Shown here one piece after another: positions 55,673 to 64,000 of a DNA stretch of 64,000 nucleotides. Both the position numbers and the translations under genes were made by a program. Source of the stretch: Minutocellus sp. GHC0000111 (Eukaryota); contig OZ361258.1 in assembly GCA_977018835.1 (NCBI GenBank), forward strand, positions 1,364,001-1,428,000, in the 5' to 3' direction. The first letter of the stretch is position 1, and the number at the start of each line of letters is the position of its first letter. The notes beneath the pieces are model-generated. The model had not been told where the DNA came from, did not search any database, and saw nothing but the letters and a program-made list of their open reading frames with translations.

Positions 55673-57653
55673 CTATCGCACATGATCCTCAAAAAATTTC
55701 ATTGCAACATCCAAATTCCAGGATTGTTCTAAATGACTATCATTGTTTCGGCAATCAACAGACATGGGAGGCCCGGCTGAAGGATTGCAGTGAGAAGAGC
55801 ACGTGACCTCATTGCGACCATCGATCGCATAGTAGTACTTGGCGGGGTATGCATCACTACTAGCACTGCACCCGTGTTCTTCTGCCCACACTTTATGCAA
55901 ACGAAACGCATCGACAAATCGAAACCCTTCTCCATCACAGCCCTCGTTGAAGACAGCTGTTCCGTTCCCCGGTGGAACCACACAGTCATTTTCACTGTAT
56001 ATTCCAATTGCTGGGATGTTCTTTGTCGGTGTGCCCTTACCGACAAGGTAGTCATGCAGTGGGAGGCCCTGTGCAGCTCCAATACCGGCAATTAACGGTG
56101 CGCTACGTGGGTCTTGCGCAAGGCTCCAGGCCAACATGCCGCCCCGATCAAAGCCATAGACGTAAACTCGGCTTCGATCCACACAAACGTACTTGTTGGC
56201 AAACTCGTTGACCAGATCAACGAAAAGCTCTATGTCATCGTCCAAGCAACTAGCGAATCCACATCGATTATTGCATCGGCCTTGGATCTGACAAGATGGT
56301 GCACAATAATTAGGCACAGTCTGCGCAGTGTTGCACGTTGTTGCTGTCACACCATCCTTGCCAATCCCATCCGCACTTCCAGGAAAAGTGAATGATCGCG
56401 TATCGTTCTCCGAAAGTCCATCCACGGCAACCAAAACATACCCATGCTCATCAGCCAGGCCTTGCATGTCGTCATCTAAGAAGTTATTCAAACCGTCGGG
56501 TCGGCCGTGGTAAAGAAAAATGACCTTGTTCGGTTTAGATGGGTCAAAAACTTGTGGGGTATAGATGCGAAGGAATCGAACGGGCCTATCGGTACCCCAC
56601 CGTCGAAATGCAAATCGAAAGTTGTTATGGCCTGCATAAGGTATATGGGTACATTTCGGCGAAGCGACAAATTCTTGCTCGGCGGGCACGGTTGGGGTGG
56701 AGGTGGGGATAGAGGTCAGAAGAGTTGCTCCGGGGATGGCTGGAATCGCCATTGTCGATGGCTCGGGCGACGGTGAAATTGATTCTTGGGGAGGAGGAGA
56801 ATTAGTATCAGATTCTGGGCTGAGCAATGAAGTACTGCCTGATTCCGCCTTTTGTTGGCCTCCCCTTGATGTGACAAAGCCAACTACCACCGCTACAACA
56901 ATTGCCAGGGCAAGAACAATCACAGAGACAACAATAAATGTCCGCTTGGGCCTCTTGCTTGTTGAGACCTTGCATGGTAAGGCCGGTGGCTGTTTCTTGT
57001 CAATCCCTGTCTCCTCGTCATCTTTATTTTGATTACCTAAGACCTCATCGTCAGCGTCTTTATCGGCCTCATCCATTTCGAGATTGGTTATGCATGTAGT
57101 CGGTTCCATTCCGGCTTTGTTGCATGTGTTCAATGCATTGTTGGCAGATTCAAATCCTCGCTCTTTGACGGATTCGAAAGTGCTTCCATTTGCACCGGGA
57201 CTTTCAGCTTGCCCGATATCAGCATTGCATGCAGTAGATCGTCTCGGCGAACCACTGACCTCCACCTTGAGCAACAATTCCTCGGCCGCCGCCCTCAATG
57301 CCTGGCTGGGAGTTTGCTCTGGCGAGAGCGCGCGTCCTCGCGAGTGGAGGTACTGCTGAACCTCTTGATCAATGTCGGCTGTGCAAAGTTTGGTGGGTCT
57401 TGCGGATATCGGCACATCTTCTTCTTCGTCACCTTCGTTGGTGTCTTCGTCACTACAACTGCTGTCACATTTGCTGTGTTTTGTCGTGTACATTTACTTC
57501 ATCGTCGTCTACATGTTTGTTGTTGTTGGGCAAATTCATCGGCGTTCTGATGTTGGAATTCGGGGTTGGCATTTCATTGGAATTGATAGTATCGGCTGGA
57601 GATGATGCGGCCTGAAGCTGCTGCTCATCGCCGTTGGTGTCCACGAACGTCAT
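55673..57653 (-). CDS. Type II membrane alpha/beta-hydrolase (PHB depolymerase/CE1-like) with Asp at the nucleophile elbow; apparent frameshift at ~57480
   Basis: TM FIVVSVIVLALAIVVAVVVGFV; R..RIYTP, FLYHG, ADEHGYVLVAVDG, DDIE, VDRSRVYVYGFDRGG, NDCVVP, C-terminal His. Confidence 0.8.
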
Positions 57654-58345
57654 GACCGATTGTGGGGTAACCGATTGTGGGGCGAACTGTGCCCGTGTTT
57701 CTTGGGCGATCGACGCGATCGTATCGCTCGTCAGGCAAGCGGACTGTACGAAGTAGTCGTGATGCTACCTACTTACTTGGTACTGCTGAACATTCCGATC
57801 ATACAACGTGGCCACCCATGAATGCTTTTCTTGCCATGCTGGGCCGGTGGTTTGCATGACACTGCCATTTACTGGTTTTGCATGCGTGGCGCATGCAAAC
57901 CAGCAAATGGCATCTTCGTCCCAAAATGTTGGTCAACATCTTCCAGGCCCACCAGACCGATGGCATCTTCCGCCTTGATGGTCAACATTGTCGGGGAAAA
58001 GCAACTTTGCTTCAGGTTTTGGTCGCGAGACGGACAGACCGAATTTGCGATTTTTATCGCATCGACACCGCCGCGCCGGCCTCTCCTTTCAGCATCAGAA
58101 GGGAACGAAGATGGATCGATGGCTGCGCATCCAACGCACGTGGCATAATATCAAGTGTTGGCCGAATCCTTCTTGCAGGGATTGTCCTGCAACGTATCCA
58201 CTGCGCCGCCATCATTCGCACGTTTGCATGTTCTTGGCTCGGGCATAACGGTCGACAAAGAGCATAAGTGAGAAAGCCGAATTGAATTGATAGAAATCAA
58301 TCAGCCCCTGCCTGGGCGAGAGGAGAAGAGGGGGCCATCAGCATC

Positions 58346-61300
58346 ATGGTGTGGTACAGCCCAACGCCACCCGCCGAGGATACTCAATCGGCATCCTCGT
58401 CCACCGGTGCGGCCGTTACAACTGCCCCTGGCGGCACTAAGGACGCCGTCACTGCGAATGCAACTACTAGCGGCGGCGCTCCAGTCAAAGGCGGAGGATT
58501 CAAGCTCCGTCGTCGTCCCACCCCCCTGCCCATGACCATGGCAGCAGCCGCGGCGGTAGCGGCGGTGGATGGCGCGGGCGATCGAGGAGCCGCCGGCGGC
58601 AGCGGCGAAGATGGAATCGATCCCAACAACCACACCCTCGATCCCATTCTGCTGACCAGATCGATATCCATGAAGGCCGCGCAGTCGTTCAATGACTACT
58701 TCTCCAGCCTGGCCGCGAGGAATATTGGTGGACTCGGTTGGAATGCCGAGAACAACAACAACGATACCGGGGGAGACGAGGCCGAGGCCAGAGATCAGAC
58801 CAATTCCAACTCCAATAATAAAGACATTAGAGGCGACGAAAATGACGACAGCGACGAGAGCTACGTCCACCCCTTCGAGCGGAGGGGGTGGGACAGGAAG
58901 TTCGGCGGAAATCCATGGGCGGCAGGCGGTGGGGGGATCGATCGGTCAGGACGGCCAGGAAGGACAACAAGCAGTCTGCCTCGTCTTCCTCAGTCAACGA
59001 CAACGCCAATTCCAATACTACTAGTAGTGAAGGTCGCGATCCGGCACCAGCGTCGAGTTCTCAGCAGCACCATCACCATTTGGATCTGGCGGGCACCATG
59101 AGCAGCGGAGGGGACTCGCGCGACACGTACACGGCCCTCGGTTCGCCGTCGTTGGATACCGATGCCGACGCCGACGCCGGCATTATGGCGATGGAAGGGG
59201 ACGCCGACTACGACTACGACTCCATCTGCTCCTACGCCTCGTGGTGCGGCGGCAGCAACGACACCGACATCATCGGTCCCATCACCGTCGGGCGGGTGGC
59301 CCGGGACGTCAAGGCGCTGCTGCTGAATCCGCTGGGGAGCTGCGATAAGATCGGTAGACGTAGACGACGCGGTGGTGCTGATTTCGATAGACGGCACGGC
59401 GGCAGCTTCGCTGAGGATGGCACTATATCGACGTGGGGGAGCGCCGACGGCCAAACGATCGACACGTACGAGGAGGATGACTACTCTCTGGCGTCGGAAT
59501 TGACGGCAGAGGTGGTGGGTGGCGGTGGTAGTAGAAGTGTCGGGAGCAAGAAGAATGGTCTGCTTACCATTTGTGCCACTGTTCGGCAGCGGGACCGAGC
59601 TCCGCCCATGCCGACGTGCAACGAAGAGGATGGTGAGGAGGACGATATGGATGGTAGTGATGAGCTCACCCTGTCGAATCGGCGCAAAGTTTCCAAGAGT
59701 TTGAATCCCCAGACACCTCGAACCGCAGGTGCAGCCGTAGTGGCAGCGGCCGGGTCAATCCCATTGCGACGCGTCATGTCCGATACGTCTCTTTCTCAGT
59801 GCGATCATGAGGTGACGGTCACGCAACACCGAAGGCAGCTTAGCACCGAGAATGTCCCCGTCGCATCTTTGCCGGGTGCACCAAGGCCCTCTCCTCCAAT
59901 ATCCTCTCAACCTCAGATCGGTGCCTCGCCAACTCACATCACATCGTTTGACAACGTCATCGATCTACGAACACCCAAGCCGATCAGGAGGTCCAAATCC
60001 TTTAGCAAGACCGAAACTCTCAAGAGACGGAAAGAGGTTGAAGCCAAGATACGAGCAGAGCATCGCGTGGCCAAGGAACAACGCGATAAGGAGAAGGCCA
60101 TCGAAAGAGCCAAGCTGGAAGCGCTCAGGTCCAAACAAGAAAAGGAACGACGTATCGCCGAAGCTGCCGAGGCTGAGGCTAGGCGCATCGAGAAGGAGGA
60201 AGCTCGAAAGCTTGAAGAGATAGAGCAGCGCAAGCACGAAGCCGAACTGGCGGCGGTTAGGAAGGAGCAACAACGCGAAGAGGAACGGGCACGAAAAATG
60301 GAAGAGAAGAGGTTGGAGGCAGAGGCCAAGGCGAGGGAAGGAGAAGAACGACGCAATGCTCAGCTTGCCGAGGCAGAACAGAAGCGTTTGGATCGCGAGA
60401 CTGCCAAGGAGCAGGCCAAGGAGCAAAAACTTGCTGCCATCGCTCAGAAAAAGGCCGCCGCCGAAGAGAAAAGAAGGCCAAGGCCGAAAAGAAGGCTGCC
60501 AAGCGCACAAAGAAGAACAAAAAGAAGGGCACCGCAGATAATGACATCCCGGATGAGACACAAAACACGGACGACGGATCGAATGCATTTACCGAAGCCG
60601 CCGTCTCCCCAGCGACGGGCAGCTCGATTGCTACTCCAAACGCTGATAATGTTACTCGCAGCGACCAACTAGATGTTGACGCCGAGGAAACAAAAGGCGA
60701 TGAAAACCCCGCCGATACAGCAAAGGTTAAGGGCAATGACACCTCTGGCACTACCGATGGGGCTTCTGGAGGAATACTTGACGCTGTTGTCCCCGCTTTG
60801 GGCGCAGCCACGGCTGCAGGAGCACTCATGTTTTCAGAATTTGTCGACGCAATTGCTGACCCCGTTGGTATCAACAAAGAAAAGAAGACGGAGGAATCAG
60901 ATCAATATCCAACTGTTGCGAACCATCCCCCGAGTTCCGACCCAATTGCGGAGCTCATGTCTGGATTTGGATTTGGCGACGCGGATAAGAACGAGGTCAG
61001 CGACGAAACGTTTCAGCAAAGCAACTTTCTTTCTTCTGAATTGCCAGAGGAAGCAAATGCTGCAATGAAGGCCGCCAATCCGTCGATGCCTGAAGCATCC
61101 AAGATCATCGAGTCAGATCAATTATTTGATGTGCAAGGGACAAGAGAAGCCAAGAGTAATAAAAAGGATATCCTGAAGAAGGCCTCCGTTGCGGCTCTCG
61201 TAACAGGAGCATTTGCAAGGACGCGATCAATCAGCAGGTCCCGAGATCGAGAGCGAAAACTGGAAAATAACGAGGAAGAGTGCAAGGCGAATCTCTCAAA

Positions 61301-62621
61301 ATCTGACAAGAGCAAGGCGACGGATGAAATGCCTACAAATCGAAGTAGAAGTACCTCGAGGACACACCGGCGGCGGTCAGCTTCACGTGGACCGTCCAAC
61401 AAAACAGCTCCAAATAATGCAACTGTTCTGCCCTCAGAGGAGGAACCACCGCCCAGCGTAGTGAGAAACAGAGCAATTGTCTACCAATCATTCAGTAATG
61501 ACCCGGTGAATTCCCTCAAGATGTACAAGTTTATTTCATCCATTGCTCTCCCTCAAGCTTCAGATGATGCATTTATTAAAGTCCAAGCTTCTACGATTTC
61601 ATTCAGTGATTGTCTCATTCGGCAGGGCATGTGGTGGGGAACTGGTATTGTCAGTCTCCCTGCTACTCCTGGAGTTGACGTGGTTGGACGAGTTTGTAAT
61701 ATTTCCGAAAGGGCTTCGCAAAAATATGATATTCGCCCAGGAGATTACGTTGCGGCCCTCATCCGATGTGGTGGTAATGCCCGATATGTCAAGGCTAGTG
61801 GCTCGAGCCTGGTCAAAGTACCGGCAAAAGTTGACGCCGCAGCCGCTGCCTGCATGGTCGAAACGTATCTATCAGCTTTCCAGAGCCTCCACGTTGGAGA
61901 GCCAGCCGATTCTCGATACAGTTTCAATTGCTACGCTGGACAAAACATACTTGTCATCGGTGGCATCTCCATGGTTGGTCAAGCTATGATTGAATTGGCA
62001 AGACTTGGTGGAGCGGCAAAGGTCTATGCAACCGCCAGACAAAAGCATCACAAATTCTTAAGAAGCCTCGGGGCCGTTCCGCTTCCAATTGGTATTGAGG
62101 AGTGGCTGCCTACGTTCTCTGAGCAAATGGATATTGTTGTTGATGCCTATTGCATTGATAATTACAATGTCACCTTCAAATCTCTAAAACAAGGGGGTAA
62201 ACTCGTGTGCATTCGATCAAGACCTCTGATGGAAGAACAAGACCTAGTGTGGCACGTCGATGCCAATACAGATCGTACTGCCCGATTCTATGGCAAAATG
62301 ATTTGCACATACGATATCTTTGAGAGTTGGGAGGGAAATCTGAGATTATGCAAGGTAAGAAGAGACTGAGAAGGGCATGATTTCTGCATCTTACTTTGCC
62401 ATTCTGATTGCATTGTTATCTAATATCATCCTTCATTGCCCAACTCAAAATCAAATTAATTTCAGAACGATCTTGGGTATCTTTTTGACATGCTGAACAG
62501 AGGAAAAGTCAAGCCACCGACAGCAGATTGCATCTCTCTTGACAAGGTTGCGGAGACTCAGAAATTATTCGAGGCAAAGAGAGTCCAGGGCTTCTTTGTA
62601 TGCAAGCCATGGTTGAAGTAG
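58346..62621 (+). CDS. Paralogue of the 51345 gene (disordered/coiled coil + MDR domain); frameshifts at ~58930 and ~60470; intron 62355-62465
   Basis: IKVQASTISFSDCLIRQG, TPGVDVVG, ETYLSAFQSLH, VIGGISMVGQAMIELA; last exon NDLGYLFD...QGFFVCKPWLK*. Confidence 0.8.
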
Positions 62622-62674
62622 ACCCTGCCTGAATTTTACATGTATAGGCGAAAAAGTAGTTTTATGAGTGTATA

Positions 62675-63410
62675 TGTTAGTCCCAAAATGCGCACTGTCC
62701 CAATTCGCGAACTGGGATCTCAGTTTGCGAACTGAGATTCATTTATCCCAGTTTGCGCACTGGGCCCCAGTTCCCAAACTAGGATCTCAGTTTGCGCACT
62801 GATACTACCAGAATGGAAACTGAGATGAATAAGCTAATCCGAATTTAGGAACCAGACGAGTTTGCGAACTGGAACAATAATAAATTCCAGTTTGGAAACT
62901 GGCATTCTCGGCAAGTACCAGAATGGTAGCTGCCGGTGTTGGCTCATGCAGATTGATTATTTTGTACATGTATAAGTAGAATCTACGTAATCGTTTATCA
63001 ACTAAATTGCATGCATGCGCATGCACTGGTAGATCTATCTACAATACAAGTTGCACTGTGCATCATAAAATAAATGTAAATTATCAACGAAAAGCAACAA
63101 TAACAAAAGCGGCGGTGGCCAATACAAATGTCAGCAAAATCAACGTTGCCATTACCCCGTTGTCACCGCCGCCGCCGGGATCAGAGCAAATGACGATGCT
63201 TTCCATTCTTTGGCCGAATGAAAAAATGAAGAGAAAAGAAGCAAAGGCGATATCATCCTTGCTAAGTGTTCATTATTTGTCAATCGATCTCAGTTTGCGA
63301 ACTGAGATTGTGCCTGGGATCCCAGTTTCCGAACTGGGATAAATAAATCCCAGTGCGCAAACTGAGATCCCAGTTCGCGAACTGGGACAGTGCGCATTTT
63401 GGGACTAACA
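62675..63410. mobile_element. 736-bp MITE with ~95-bp TIRs built of palindromic units; flanked by TATA
   Basis: TATA|TGTTAGTCCCAAAATGCGCACTGTCCCA ... TGGGACAGTGCGCATTTTGGGACTAACA|TATA. Confidence 0.93.
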
Positions 63411-63445
63411 TATATGCCAGCATAGCTATCTAGTTTTGTAGCAGA

Positions 63446-64000
63446 CTATTGGCGAGACTTCGTGTTTCTACTCCATTCTGCTGAAAGATCTGCGACTGAA
63501 ATATTTCTCCCCCTATTGGCCTGAGTGCCAATCAGATCCTCTAATACTTCCCTCGGCGCCTTGCGACGCAAGTTTCTCAAAATGCAATTGTCCAACGCTC
63601 CATCTTCGCAGCAAAATATGAATACCTGAGTGGCCAAATTGGCATACTCGCTTCCCTTCGAGGCATTGGCACTTGTAATGAAGAGCGAATCATATATCAT
63701 TGGATTAACACTTGACAATTGAGATGACTTTCGTAACTTGTCAAAGGCTTCCAGAGCAACTCGAAGAGCTTTTCGCTTGGCCTCATGGTTTCCAGTTGTT
63801 CGAGCACAGGCCTTCATGACCGCACCATAGGTAATAGTTGTTGGAGCGACGTCCCTGTTTCCCTTATTTGCCATATCTTCCATTTCAAGCAAGCTATCAA
63901 ATGCCTTTGTGGCCTTGTCGGGCACGGGACTGACGGCGAGAGTATTGATGAGAGAGTTGTACGTCGAGGCATCAGGCTCAGCAGCCTTTCCTATCGACTT
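63446..64000 (-). CDS. PPR protein C-terminus, close paralogue of the 7008..9116 gene; runs off the right edge
   Basis: PDKATKAFD.LLE...KGNRDVAPTTIT.GAVMKACART...AKRKALRVALE.FDKLRKSS is near-identical to the first PPR gene. Confidence 0.9.
   Translation of the reverse strand, partial: KSIGKAAEPDASTYNSLINTLAVSPVPDKATKAFDSLLEMEDMANKGNRDVAPTTITYGAVMKACARTTGNHEAKRKALRVALEAFDKLRKSSQLSSVNPMIYDSLFITSANASKGSEYANLATQVFIFCCEDGALDNCILRNLRRKAPREVLEDLIGTQANRGRNISVADLSAEWSRNTKSRQ

Noticed and set aside
62690..63390. CRISPR-like array of palindromic repeats
   Set aside because: No regular unique spacers, eukaryotic context, no cas genes; the repeats form transposon TIRs
1..64000. rRNA, tRNA or prokaryotic operon/defence system
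   Set aside because: None recognisable; gene structure and content are eukaryotic throughout

Overview
Eukaryotic nuclear DNA, very probably a diatom or related stramenopile. The evidence is short GT-AG introns, signal peptide + Phe ('ASAF'-type) plastid presequences and long-loop PPR repeats. The left end (1 to about 4.2 kb) is a decayed minus-strand Helitron. Its RepHel exon is joined by a canonical in-frame intron to tandem ubiquitin-like domains ending in LRGG. About 25 host genes follow: PPR x2, nucleolin/NSR1, F-box-like, MYND, Mpv17, GILT, ankyrin proteins, a WW protein, an MFS transporter, DUF3455, an FkbM methyltransferase, two MDR-domain paralogues and an alpha/beta hydrolase with Asp at the nucleophile position. 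The standout host gene is a single reading frame fusing Golgi alpha-mannosidase II (GH38) to a GnT-II/MGAT2 (GT16) domain, two consecutive N-glycan maturation enzymes; it is interrupted here by one in-frame TGA. The window also holds a nested transposon cluster (30.5-35.8 kb) with a ~1.6 kb foldback, two MITEs (one containing telomeric repeats), and an unusual number of genes with stops or frameshifts. All family assignments come from motif recognition by eye, not from database searches.
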